Source of the DNA: Phoronis australis
Taxonomy: Eukaryota; Animalia; Phoronida
NCBI GenBank assembly: GCA_002633005.1
Contig: NMRA01000012.1
Span: forward strand, 1,353,173-1,417,172
Direction: 5' to 3'
DNA: 64,000 nt
The position numbers were made by a program, and so were the translations under genes. Shown in pieces: positions 51,301 to 64,000 of the stretch (positions are counted from its first letter, which is position 1; every line of letters starts with the position of its first letter). The notes beneath the pieces were generated by a model. The model ran no database searches. It worked only from the letters and a program-made list of their open reading frames with translations, and had not been told where the DNA came from.

Positions 51301-54300
51301 GTAAAAATTCTTTGACGTGGCACACGTTGCGGCTGAAAATGGAATTATTTAACCATCTGTCGAATACACTATAGTATAAAAGGTGCTTGTCTTAAGTAAA
51401 ACGTGTTCCTACTGAGTATGTAACGTATGGCAGTGTAGAAGTTCAAGGCCTGTTTTGTCTATTGTCATACGCCCCCTGGTCTTATGAAGATGCTCGTATT
51501 TTGAATTTTTATTGGCAAACAATTCATTAAGTGTAGTTTGTGACGGTGGTCATTCAGCTTGAATGTGAATTATGGTCACACTTACATCAGTAGGAGTGTT
51601 TTGCTCTCGCAAAAATGTACCGACGCCCTCACAAACCTGTGCCTTCAGCCGTCTTCGCTACAACTGGACTGTCTTATGACCTTAAACAGAATTTGCCCTG
51701 GGTGTTGTTTTCAAAACATTGTGTTGGTGAGATTGTTTTGTTTAAATTACGGTAATTCTTCACTTATTTAAGGCACAATAATGCCGAAACACAATTACAT
51801 GTTAATTTATTTATCAAAATTATTAAAAAGTCAACTTAATGAAAATTGTGCATGATTATTAACATAGTTTTTAATGTGCAGACATCATAACTCAACGTAT
51901 GGTAAATTTTGTAACACAGGCAGTTTGTCTCAAAATTTCACGTTTTTGATGTGATGTGATGTTTCTACTTCTTAAATATACCGAAACCTCCATCTGGTTA
52001 CGATCTCTGTATGAAAGGACTTTACCTGAACTTGTAAAGGTGTTGAGAAAATTATTTGCTGTCCTTTTCAGGCAGAGTTGAGGGGGTACTCAAGAGATAA
52101 CTACTCACGTATGGACGAGATGAAAGAGAGAGCTGACTCTCTTAAGTCAGCCAGGGAGGAGGAGAGAAAAATGGTAATTAGTGGTCAGTCGTATTAAATG
52201 CATTTGTCGTGCTTTAAATTCCATATCCGTTATAGTCATTTAACAGGGTCCCGCATTTTGAAAACCAGTTTTCTCCTGTAAATAAGGGGCTTCTATGTGG
52301 TTCTCAAATCTGGGACCCCTTTAAGTGTCTATTGTTGCACATCCACTCCGGAATAAGCCCATCCACTAACTTTTACCTCATTCCCAAGTGCAACCCAGCC
52401 ACTCTAGTACAACCCTTCTCTTCATGTCTCTCAATCTGCGTCCCATCAACCCCTGTGAGATTTTCAAACGATTCGCACTAAATGTTAATGAAGGAATGAA
52501 ATAAATTTTAGTTCTTCCCATTTCAACTTGGTCTTGCGCACCAAAATTAGAAATTGGGTCAAGCAAAAGACAATTATTTGTGCTCTGACAATGCTAAAGA
52601 GTTATATGTGTTTCCTATTACTGTTGTTTAACGATTTGCAGAACTAACACCAGGGCCTGAGACCACTTATCTTAAGTCGTGACTTGGCTTAAAGTTTGAC
52701 CAGTCATATTGCGTAAAATGAAAGTTTCTTTGAAGTACCCCAAAGGATCAGTTGATATTTTATTCTAATCTTGTGCAAAGTTTGGAGGCGTTGTGTACAA
52801 GAAATATGACTAGCTGGATACGTTTCCATGGATATAGTATTATCAGATTGTGGTTATCCAGCTCAACCGAAACAACTGAAAGGAGTGCATTTGCTACCTT
52901 TTTTCAGATTGCTGAGGAAAAGTTATATGAACACTTTAGGAAAAATAATCCCGACATACGCCAACTGGAGCGTCAGCAACACAAAGATCATGTGATTGGA
53001 GAGTGGAGTGGACAGGTAGACGACAAACAACAGGTATGGCGTTAGCGTCCTTCACAACTGGAGGCGTATTTTGTAAGCGAGTTTCTTGTGATCGATCAAC
53101 TGAGTTGCAAATATGTGCAATTTTGAACGTTTTGACCGACTTGAATTTTATTTATTTCTATATGAATTTCGAGTTTGATTGTAATGATTGAACAAGTAGT
53201 GGAACACAGATGGGGTCTCGAGTCATATGCAGCCCTTTGTCCTTGCTGACTTAGCTTTTAGTGTTGAAAATCGTGGTCTTTTTATACTGTACGTCAACAA
53301 TTACCACGGCCATGTTTACTTATTTGTGTTCAGAAAAGTTTCTTCAAATTAGAACACAATATGGCGGAACAGTAAAAGTTATTAATTTTGTCAAAATTTA
53401 CAGGAGTAAATAAGAATACAATTTTACATCATCATTTGAAAATTTATTTAATATAAAGTATGACTGTCATCAACAAATGCATGATGAAACTTTGAACATT
53501 TTAAATGGCCATTATTGTTGTGTGAATTTGAGGAAACTTTACTATAAAGTTATGCAATTCTTCTCTACAAAGAACAAAACAATTGATCCTTGTTTACTCT
53601 GCAGTTTTGGGTTTGATTGACATCATTTTTGTGTCAAATGATACTAAATGGGGAAATTAGGTCATCACCCAAAAAGTTTAAATATTAAGTTACGACCATG
53701 TGATTACACTTTATTACGCCACTAAACTTTTGATTGAACAACTGACCATAATGTAACTGCACCCCACAATCACTTTAGTTGCTATTTTGTGCCTGAATTC
53801 TCAAATTTCTATCCAAAATCAACCTAGTACTTTGTCCCATTCAATTTACAGAATCGTCGCCCGTGACATTTTCCTTGATTTTTTGCATGAATTCAATACA
53901 ATACAGAAATATTGCACTTTTCAAAGTTAAAACTTTATTCTAAATGGCTGCGTGATTGTCATTTAGAAATTTGGTTTAATTTTTCACAGGAAAGTCAATA
54001 CACTGTCTTTTTCTGTGTCATTGTACTGGTATGTAAACACTTGATGGAACAGGGCGATTCTGCTATTTTGCGATGTTTTGAAAAAAATTGTCTTCTCTGC
54101 AACGAAAACATCATGTAAATTGTATTATTTGCAAATAATAATCACAGTCCTGAAAATATTCATCACACCTTCCAAAACTCAACACTCTCTAAGATTTTGT
54201 GTCATTTCAGTATTTCCAAGTTAAAATTCTCGACCAAGCGGTCATTATGGCAAACTTTGTGGTGTTTGAGGTAAAGGAAAATGTCGTTGTAGAGGCTGGA

Positions 54301-57300
54301 ATCTGCACGTAGGGAGAAAGAGAAATACGATCGAGAGCTGGAAGAGCGGAGGTTAGAGGCGTTGGAGGAGGACAGAAGGAAAGAAGAGTACAAACTTGAA
54401 GAAGAGAAAAAGATGAAAAGAAATTTGTTGGACCAGATGGAGGAGCTGAAAGACAGAGAGAGTGAGGTGGGGTTATTGTGCACTGCAAGACTAAGGTTAT
54501 CCGACAAAATACCATTTCCTCGGCTAATTCTGTTAAAGTGCTTAAAATAACCAATTTCATATCAAAACACTAAAAAACAACCCCACCAGTCAACCAGCTG
54601 TCAAATTAGAACACCCGCAAACACTATCTAATGATATGTCAATTAGCTGATCTCGAATTACAAGCACTTATTGGTCAGTACATGCTACACAGAATTGGGA
54701 CAACCAATCGCAGCATAAGTCATTCTTTATTGTGTTAAGTGTGACAAATCGTCTGATATTGCTGCCTGTTTTCCCTTTGTTTATGGTATAATAAACATAA
54801 TGACGAGGCGTTGCAATTGTGGTTGTTGTTGTGGCAACTCAATATTTGAGGATACTGTGACTCTTTCCACTTTCTTGCGGGACATCAGAGAAGCGTTGAT
54901 ATGGCACAAGTTTATACAAAAAAAAACTAGTGTGTTGGTGGACATGATACACTGGCGCTGGGTACATTAATATTTATACATCTCACTCATGTCATGGAGC
55001 TAAAAACTTCTTTCGCATTTCTTCTATTTTTCTAGTTTTTTGGGATCTTGAATTCGCGTTTGTGATATGTAGTGCTTTAAAGGAAGGTTTAATGATTCTG
55101 ATGATGTAGTTAGTCACTTGTCTGCCTTGGAATGTCCTCACCAGTTTCTAAGACCCATAAAATGTCAATCCTCTCACCTTTTCACAAGCTGTTACACTGA
55201 TGCTCCTAGTATCCATTTACAGGCAGACATGCTGAAACAGCAGCAAGATGAGCTGCTAAAGGAACAGTGGAGGCTGGAGAGTTTGGAGGAAGAGAGGAGG
55301 AAGATGGAAGAGGCACACCAAAAGCAGGAGTTGGGGTGAGTTGGGTTTGGCTGTGTTGTGGTGGGGGAAAATGAGTGGTGACTAGATAGATAGTATGAAG
55401 GAAGAGGGAAGATACACACCAGAAGCAGGAGCTGGGGTGAGTTGGGTTTGGTTGTGTTGAGGTGGGGCTGAGTTGAGTGGAGATGGGGGGTTTGGAGGAG
55501 GGGAGGAAGAGAGAGGATACATGAAGAGGAGCATTGGAAGCAGGAACTTGGATGAGTTAGGGTGTGGGTGGAGTTCAATTGGAGGTGTAGTGGTGAGGGT
55601 AGAGGAGAGGAGGGGGGGCGAGTCTATTAAGACTGGAGTGAGAAACAAAGGGTGGATATGGAGGAGTTTCAGAAATTGGATCTGAAGTGAGGTTTGTTGT
55701 AGATTCAGTTTGATTATTATTACTCACCTTAGTCTTTCAGGCGAAACACTTGAGACATGAGCAACACTACTTGTTTATTGTAGTTCATGTTATCTCTAGG
55801 ATATGATATTATGTCATTCAAGCTATGAGTCATAATTTGTTTATTTCAGCCGTGTTCTCCTAAGGCAGCATAAACACAAGCTGAGGCAGAAAGCACAGAG
55901 GATACAAAAGGAACTGGTATGTGTCCCTGCCAGAGAACACAGGCACAATGGTGTTTAGGGTCTTTGCAATTTTTAATTTAGAAAAGCTTTGAATGTTCTG
56001 GGTCCTCGGTCTAATCTTTGTACTTGAAATCGAAATGAAAATTACTTTCGCCATTTTCTATTGTTCTTTTGTGTGAACTCATGGTACGCATCTATTTTTC
56101 TATGCTTGAGTACATGATGACTAATGTGTGTAATCCTAGTTTGTGGACACAATGGCTAAAAGTTTGAGTCTGACCTTGAAGTTTCGAGTTTATACTCAAA
56201 ATCTCTAGCTTTTATTGTAGTTTGTTGCTCAGATCTAGGGGTCATCAAGTGCAAACTTGAACCAGAAACACGTATGCATAAAACATAATTCACTCATGGC
56301 AAGTGTGGAATAATTAGAGCTTATCTTGAGTTCTCATAATAGTAGAGCGGAAAAAGCCAAAAATATGAGTTGGATTTTGAGTTGTTTCCAACCTGCATTT
56401 AACAAATAAAAGCATTCCCACCTAGATGTTTTCCAATGACTTAAATCAATAGTAATTTATTATTAGAGATTGTGTGCGTTTCATTATATATGTTTTACAG
56501 TTTTAGTAATATGATTTAAGTCAACGCAACGCCAAGAAACTGCCAGGCTTTTCAAACACTTATTAACCCATAGCGTTACATAGTTCTAAACATGTTTGTG
56601 AATTACAATACCCTAAAGGCACTTTGCTCTCAGAATTTGCCCTGAAATATCTTTGCCGAAAGGTGAAATCAGCTTATGGAAAAGTCTCACAAATTGGGTT
56701 GTTTCTTACATTTTGACCATATTCAATTCAGCGTATCCGTTCCTCGTGATTGTGATGTCAGTGTTGATACGTATGGAAATTTGATGTAAAATGTATTGTT
56801 GAAACTTTCCAGTACTTTGTGTGTGTACCCTATAGGAGCTTGATCGGCAGATTCTGGAATCTCTCATGGAAGCTGAGAAAGACACTCAGGCAGTGCAGAC
56901 GGCCAGAAAGGAAAAAGCACGCGCTGATGCAGCCTGGATGAAACAAGTGAGTGTGGGGAGAGGCTGGTTAGTAGGCACGTCGTGAACTGCATTCTCCTCT
57001 TCTGTGGAGTTGGAAAAATGTATTGAATGACTGAACGATTTTTCAAAATGCCAGAGAGGCACTCCTAGGCGTATTTACAGGGAAGAACAATACATTGGTC
57101 CTACAGCGCTGATGTTTGCCCTCTTTTGTCAGCATTGCTACTCAAAATGCAATAATACAAGTTTGCCTTTATTACAGTGATGAGTTGCATTACAATTAGA
57201 ATGTGATATAGTGACTATACCACATTTCTGCTTGTTGAGAAGCAGGACATCAGGTGCTTAACACATGTGTTGCATTGTGGGTAAAGCAATATGTGTTCAA

Positions 57301-60300
57301 TGGTAGTAGTCACATTGGTTGTGATCTTGGGATTTGTGCACATAATCTCCATGTTAAGTACTAGAGGAAACAAGATCTGTATAATGTTTGGTCTGAAAAG
57401 CTCAATCAAACAGTACCATACCAGCTGCTCGTGATTACAACCTAGTTTCAATCAAGCACAGTCAAATTTTCAGACACAAAAGGACATTTAAACTAGCATC
57501 GAAGCATTTTGGGGTTTAAACTTATTACTGCGCTCATCTGGTTGTTGCCAAATGAGACAACAACTTAAGTCACAGGCAATACATACATATGAAGTGTTAC
57601 CTTGAGTCACTAATGGTCTTGGTGTTCTCTTTGTAATGGAAACGGAATCCAGTCGCAGTAAGGAATGTTATCGCTTTCATGATTGTAAAATGCAGGCCTA
57701 ATTTGTTCTTAGCCAAAAAAGATGGGAAATGCAGCACTATGAGATCATAGGAATTGGAAGTCTCCACTGCCACATTGTAAAATGATATGAATAAGATAAT
57801 AGACAAGAGAATAATGAGCTTAAGCACCGTCACACTTACCATACCACCATTCATCTCTTTAGTTGACTTTTAAAGATTCCTTGAAATGATTCCAAGCGAC
57901 ATTATAAATTTTTAGCTTTTATTAAAAGCTACTGGAGCAATTATTGTTTTGAATATGGGAATCTTGTTTCTTGGGAAAGACTGCCCACCCTAAACTACAC
58001 CTCTCATGGGAGGTACTAATTTTGGAAGGCAAGTTGCGAAATCAAGTTTGAATGAGAAATCACTGTTTCATACTTGCATTTAATGTTTCCTTTAAGAAAT
58101 TTTTGTTCCATTTAAAATAAATTACTAAACTAGAAATTTGGTTGCTTCAACCAGGAAATTGAAAGAGGAGGCCGCGCAAGAATTAACAGCTGGTCGTGTT
58201 TTCTGGTGATCAAGATGACACCTGTAATGAGTGCTTGTGTTTTCAGGTGATTGAAGATCAACTGAAGTTAGAGAAAGCTCGAGAAGCAGAACTGGACATG
58301 TTGTATCAGTGAGTATCAGTTGTCTTTCATTATGTGACATTCTTTCAAGACGACCGTATGTCTATGCACTAGGGTATGTGACCAGGAGCTTGTTCTGTGT
58401 CCCTGTAGTCAGGAGATCGAGTGGTGCTATGTCTTGGCGTGTGGAATGCTGGTCGTGAGTATTTACATTCCATTTATTACCATACACTTTGATTAACCAT
58501 CCATTCACTTCATTGGTGTCTGTGCTGCTTACATAAGCCAGTGAGGTTGGTGATTTCTAAGCTGCTTGGACCACTGCAAGATTGGCAGGGCGTAAGGACA
58601 AGCATCCCTTAAAGGGACATTACCTTTTTTGTGTTTACACAAAAAATTCGAAATCATAAAAGGGACTGATTAACTCCGAAAAATTGGTGGCAATTTATTT
58701 TTGCCATAGCAGCATTCTACCAAAAAGAATTAAGATATCTCCAGCAATAGATTTCAAGTGGCCCAATTTTGCCAGAAGGTTTGGCCAGCTGTGTCAAAAG
58801 CAGTATCTTTTTGACAACCGTCTGTTTTTGCATTGCCATGAATGATTGGTTTGGGCATGGTAATCATCTTGTTTTGTAGCTTAGAAAAGTCAGAAGCACA
58901 TTTTGAGTGTTTGAATGACCTAGTTTATAAACCACGTTTCCAAAAGTGAGTAAAAAAGACATTTTCTGTAAACAATTCCTGTGTAGTTTGTTAAAAGTAG
59001 GTCGAGTTCTGGTTGCTTGTATATTTGGTTAACCATCTGCATTCCGCTGTCTTGCAGGGACGAAGCAGCTCGAGTATGGCAGAGGAGGGAGGCGGAGTGG
59101 TCGCGGGAACGGCAGGCACGGGAGAAACTGATGAAAGAGGTGAGCTTTGGTGGACAGCAAGATAGCTGGGGGTTCTGGGATTGAGGGACGTCATCAGTAG
59201 AGGTTGAGAATGGTGGAATAATCTACTGTAATCTCTTGGAAAACATCTGTTTTGTTGAAAAATTGTTAAATTCTGTTGTATCCTACTCTTCTTATAAACC
59301 TTATTTTTTGTAGAAAAATGCTTAAATTAGAGGTTGCATTTATTGCATCATTTTTCGAAAAGGATCAGATTAAATGTCTCTGGCCAAATGAAATCCTTAT
59401 CAATGAAAGATTTCTCTCTGATGAGAAGCTATTAGCCTCAACTAATGTAAAACTCGCTTAGGTTTTACATGCAAAAGTGGTATTTTCACTCAGACAAAGT
59501 TTTGCGATCCAGTTATTCCAGTGTACCCACTGTAACCTTCAGATCAAACTTTCACCTGACTTGGATGAAATCTCGCAGTCCCGTTGGATCCAGCTTGTTC
59601 AGGTTTTGCTGTATGTCTTTTAACCTTCATGGAAGATAATGGTCTGTGACCCTTGTGGACAGACAACATTTCCAAATATTTTGGAAAATTTGTGTTATAA
59701 GAGAATACACCATCAAATGTTCAATTTCATCGCGAAAGTGGTTGGTGTTGAAAAATTGAAACAACCACTGGCACTGATTGGCACAACACTGATAGATGTG
59801 GTATACGCTTACTTTTTACTTGATCACAAAGAATTGTATCTGTCATTCTCCTTGCATATTTTTATTAATGAACAATTTTCTAATGATTTGATTAATTATG
59901 GAGAATGACACAGAAAAATAGATTGAGCATATCACCACTTTCTTCAGTGCCATTTGTTATCACTTATTATTTGTTGAAACATTAATGATTTTTCTCACCA
60001 GGTGCTGGAAGGTCGACAGCACCAAATTGAGGACAGAATAGAGTCTGTGCGGAGGCAACAGGAGGAGTCGTTAGAACGTCGTGAGGAACTCTTGCGTGAG
60101 ATGGAGGTCGCACAGCAGTTGACAAAACGGGAGGTGGCCGAGACAGAACGCCAGAAAGAGGAGCGTAAACGGGAGCTGGAGTCACAGATGACTACGCGAC
60201 GAGAACAACATGAGCGACAGAAGTTAGGAGAGGAACTTGAGAGAGAGGCTGAAAAGAAGGCAGAGGAAGACTACGAGGAGCTGTTAAGGCAGGAGGCACA

Positions 60301-60988
60301 GAGACTGAACATCAGGGGGTTTCAGCAGGGGGTAAGTAGGGATCAGCATGGCTGACGATTGGTCAATAAAGGGGGTAATTGGAGGGGGCAAGTAGGGCCC
60401 AGTACGAAGTGATAGGAGTATTAGGACAAGTAAGGGATGTGTAAATGTCAGCAGAGGGTGAGCCATGAAGGGTCTGCAGGGGTTAGTAGGGGACAGCAAG
60501 TTGTAGGAAGACTTGAGGTTAACAGTAAGGAATTAAGAAAGAGAACTGACAGAGGAAGTGATTATTTTTGAAGTAGCTGTTGTATTAGTGATAGCAATGT
60601 TTTTTTGTCATTTAAATACAGTGCATACATGTGGCTCATATCACTCGTACAATCCTAACTGTTTACTAAAACTGTTAACAATAAACACGTCTCATAACTT
60701 TGTTCATCGTGTGAGTCAAGGTTTTGAATGACACATTCAATCTGTGAGGACAAATCGAAACAAAACCCGATCCTTTTGAGAATAAAGCATTTTTAACCTT
60801 TGTACGCCACATTTGAGTCCATTTTGCCGTGGAATCTTCAACAAAGATTACTGGCCTGAGGTGTGTAGCATATATAAGGAACATTCAGTGTGGGAATGTT
60901 TAAAGGCCTTGATTTTTGTGTGCAGATATTAACATTTTGTTCCTGTTGCTTTTTCCAGGGCCATGGTAGAAAACAGGCATGGATGTGA
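48374..60988 (+). CDS. TCHP: Trichoplein keratin filament-binding protein (mitostatin), coiled-coil centriolar protein, 498 aa; exons 48374-48564, 50189-50297 (or duplicate 51108-51216), 52072-52173, 52908-53033, 54293-54466, 55223-55335, 55850-55916, 56836-56946, 58247-58308, 59058-59139, 60002-60331, 60959-60988
   Basis: All exons are bounded by AG/GT with consistent phases (1497 nt). The protein begins MALPHMPS and contains [45 protein letters not shown] and [27 protein letters not shown], ending HGRKQAWM*. These match recalled human trichoplein segments ([70 protein letters not shown], KIAWN). Confidence 0.93.
50037..51838 (+). other. ~880-bp near-identical duplication (50037-50918 / 50956-51838) containing TCHP exon 2 twice, joined at an N; probable two-haplotype assembly artefact
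   Basis: I counted about 11 differences by eye over ~880 bp; the only exonic one is synonymous (TTG/CTG Leu). The junction is a poly-G run plus N at 50955. Confidence 0.85.
50919..50954 (+). mobile_element. Left end of a Harbinger-like element (same family as 34191-35451) inserted after TTA, truncated by the gap
   Basis: tta|GGGCTGTTCCAGTAAAATCCATGTGGGAGGGGGGGG-N matches the reverse complement of the 35451 end (GGGCTGTTCCAGTAAAACATGTATGGGAGGGGG). Confidence 0.8.
55290..55575 (+). repeat. Three degenerate tandem copies of the TCHP exon-6 3' end plus donor
   Basis: aagcaggagttggggtgagttgggtttgg (55322), aagcaggagctggggtgagttgggtttgg (55423), aagcaggaacttggatgagttagggtgtgg (55538). Confidence 0.75.
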
Positions 60989-62149
60989 ACAAAGTTACAC
61001 AAAGCCGACTGTTTTAGGAGAACACCATTTCCATCCATTTGTTCTCAAAGATTGAGAACATGATTGACTGGTTAGGGAGTGTTAATTGTGGTGATCTTTG
61101 TCCTTCAAAACTTGTCTGTGAGCATGTAAACAGTGTTCAGATTCAGTTCACATGAACTGTTTTTGTCCTTTGAGGAATACGTTTTTCTAGGTGAAATTCT
61201 ACTCATGAGTTGCTGATGGCCACTGCACTATTCTGATGGCCACTGCACTATTTTTCAACACGAGCTACATGATGCACCACATATCATGCTCATTTCTCGA
61301 AGCGGCTGTGACCTCTGAAGATGGTCGGAGAAATGACCAGTTTCATTCCTTTCTCAGGAATATCTATTTGTGATCTCACTGCATGAACTTTTGGTTCTTG
61401 TCGCTAAGTAGGTTAAACCAGCATTTCACCTCTGTGTTGCTGTCCATCTGGAATTCATAACCCATGTGCTCTGGGGTTTTAAAACATTAACTTTGCTTAT
61501 TGGATTGTTGCCGAATAAGCAGTCATGAAGTCACGTCACAGGCAATGTGTACATGCCCCATTTCCAAAATTCGCAATTTCAGGGTTGCTGAACCACATTA
61601 AGCTCTAAAGCGTTTTCTTGAGTCCCTGATGGTGTCGATGTTTTTGCTGGTAAAGGAAGTAAGGCTCCCTATTGCCTTAAGGAAAATATGAGCCAAATTT
61701 TATGAGAGTAAAAGTCCAAATTGAGTTTTTATTTTTTAACTAGCTAAACAAGGCGAAATGCAGCTTTAACTTTGCTTGCCCACATAGCATTCTATTTAAA
61801 GTTATTGTCTCAAGGCTCTAAATACCCATAAGGGTGCGGTGTTCTATGAATAAAGGATCACAGTAAGGTAATAGAATATGCCTTATGTAGCAAATTAACT
61901 GTCTGGAACGGGGATATACTTTTGCATATCAGTTGTATAAATATCATGGGGGGTTCGAATTTTTGGGAATATGAGCCTTTCACTTAAAAAAAGGGTATGT
62001 TCAGACCGTCCTGTGAATTCGTGGAATTTTGGTAGTTCCTGATTTTTTAGTGGACTTGTGTACGTGGTTTTCTACTTTTTCCGGATTTTTGTTCCTCTGA
62101 GGCGGCCAAAAGGGGGGGGGGGGNGTTGGGCTCCTTCGAGCCCCACCGA

Positions 62150-62530
62150 GTTTCCCATGAGTGCGCGCATGCGTTGTCTTTTTGCTTTGCGAATGTTCTC
62201 AGCATGACAGTGTTGTTGCAATCGTTGTCGGTTGAATGAGCTTGATACTGTATCTAGCTCATTGGTCGGGTCAACCGTTTCAAGACATCAGAGTAGAGGT
62301 CAGTAGCTGTCTCGCGGCTAGAAAACTTGCCAAAACCACGTGCTCTCACGGCAACATCTTGCGTAATCTCGCGAAATCGTGCTTTTCTAGTCGGGTCCTA
62401 GCGGTATTGAACGCTCCCGGGACAGATTTCAATCATCGGTTCCCTCACGACGCGAAAAAGCTGGCCACGTGCTGTCATTGAAAATACACGGCTATATCTC
62501 GCGAAATCTTATTTATTGCGAGGAACTAGT
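62150..62530. promoter_or_regulatory. CpG-rich patch with promoter-type motifs (possible promoter of a neighbouring gene)
   Basis: GCGCGCATGCG (NRF1-like) near 62164 and repeated TCTCGCG(AAAT) (TCTCGCGAGA-like) near 62310, 62367 and 62497. No downstream exon could be assigned. Confidence 0.3.
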
Positions 62531-63890
62531 GTTATTGAAATCTACTCGATGCCTCAGTGACCCAGCAAAATCGGCGAAGACATCAACTGTGTAGCCAATG
62601 TCCCCTAACGGAAGACTTACCTCCTGCTAGTCTAATGACCGTGCGCTCAAATCCCTGCAGACAACACTTCTGAACCATTGAGTAAGGATTCCTGTTGTAC
62701 ATTTAACTACGAAACTATTAATTCCTATGTGCAAAGTGTTTTACCGCAGTGACTTGTAACGTTCTTGTGTAATGCAGGAACGTGTTGTAAATTAGCCCTT
62801 GGCCGACACATGGATTATCGGTATCTATCCTCTGTAAATAGTCTGTTATTGTTTTTGTTATTATTGTTGTTGGGCTCAATATCTCATAGGTTGGGCATCT
62901 CTCCGTCTGTGGGTCCCAATTTATATCAAGTGATATATAATTTTAAAAAAATGGAAAAAGAGTGGGTCCCTGGAGAAATGTACTTATGTACTTTTGCATT
63001 CGTCTTGTTGAATCAACTCGTTCTGGAAAATAAACTTGCTCGAAGCATTATGAAAACTACGCCTTGAAGTGCGTTTAGACGGTTTATACAGGGCGATTGT
63101 CCCAAAACGGGCCCCAAACTTTGTTAGTCTGTCAACCTTATGTATTGAGCTCTAGGTGGCGCTTGTTGCATTTAATCCCGTGAAGCACGCGGAGGCAAGT
63201 CTGTAAGGACTAGTTGAGCTGACAAGATAGTCTAATTGTAATTAAGTCTTACAGCAATGAAATCAAACAATTTTACAGTAAGTGCTGGAAATGTTCCCTC
63301 TTAGAAACCAAGCACAACTCGATGCGCCTTTTCCAAACTGAAAAACGCGATGCTTATCAATCGAGTGCGAAATTGACTCACTGCCAAAAAAATGCTGGTA
63401 TGTGGCACTGAAATATCGTTTCGCAGAACGTATTACATAACAGCGTTTTTTCTTATGTTAACGTAAATAGAAAATACAATTTTAGAAAGAGTGAATCTTC
63501 CTGTATATTACTACACCTTAATAAAAATGTTACCAGACCCCTCAAAGCGTAAATGCATCACTCGCAGTTGACCAGTATTCTGCTAAATTTTCTCTCGTCT
63601 GTATACATGTATGTTTCGTTGTCTTTCTTTTCCAGCCTGCCCCAGGCCTACGCTTATGGGCCTGCAAATTATGGGGTTGAGGAGGGGGCTGCCCTCCCGG
63701 CCCCGTATCCTACGGTCCTGCTGAGTGGTGGTTTCATTTGCGAAATTGTCTTATATTAGGTTGGTAATACGCATTCTTGTTTCCATAATATGTCATAGCA
63801 ATTAGTGGACTCTTCCGTCGTAGTCGGCATAGCATGGCGTTCTCGACGTTTGGTTTAAGTGAGAAAAGATTTACCAAAATTCAGATACAT

Positions 63891-64000
63891 CAGTGGCAGA
63901 TCTAGGATATCACAAGAGGGGGCCCAACATTTTGTCTGTAAGCATTGGCGCAAACCACGATTGTAGCACCGAATGGGGGGAGGTCGGGAGGGGGGGGGGG
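63891..64000 (+). mobile_element. Left end of a CAGTGGC-TIR MITE running off the window
   Basis: CAGTGGCAGATCTAGGAT resembles the TIR at 26045; followed by G-rich subterminal sequence. Confidence 0.5.

Noticed and set aside
54202-55685. Antisense and low-complexity ORFs around TCHP exons 5-6
   Set aside because: They are shadows of purine-rich coiled-coil exons and G-rich intron repeats.
63637-63759. Possible exon PQAYAYGPANYG...PAPYP after ttttccag
   Set aside because: No homology recognised and no clear donor; it contains MITE-end-like sequences (tatgggcctg, cctacggtcctg) and is more likely a repeat remnant.

Overview
AT-rich, intron-rich eukaryotic genomic DNA, most likely from an invertebrate bilaterian (short-read style assembly with four single-N gap placeholders at 11610, 30131, 50955 and 62124, each beside a G or C homopolymer). 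I can reconstruct four spliced protein-coding genes by hand from GT-AG junctions and recognisable protein sequence: (1) an ataxin-1 homologue (+, AXH domain and RKRRWSAP motif, no polyQ; apparent frameshift exactly at the N at 11610); (2) NEDD8 (+, 5 coding exons including 18- and 30-nt exons); (3) a glycolipid transfer protein, GLTP (-, 6 exons, 209 aa); (4) trichoplein/TCHP (+, 12 coding exons, 498 aa), head-to-head with GLTP across about 1.5 kb. NEDD8 and GLTP are largely invisible in the ORF track because their exons are short. Introns and intergenic DNA carry non-autonomous DNA transposons (Harbinger-like, Tc1/mariner-like, a 5-bp-TSD element, foldback elements), a 1.3-kb GC-rich hairpin minisatellite and local duplications. 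The ~880-bp near-identical duplication around TCHP exon 2 is best explained as two haplotypes, one carrying a Harbinger-like insertion. I found no autonomous transposase, RNA gene, CRISPR array or clearly novel multi-gene system. The most notable observations are the GLTP-TCHP head-to-head pair, the inverted element pair bracketing its promoter, the GLTP sugar-site substitutions, and a conserved ataxin-1 motif next to the position of the human polyQ tract. All comparisons with human sequences are from memory and need alignment to confirm.
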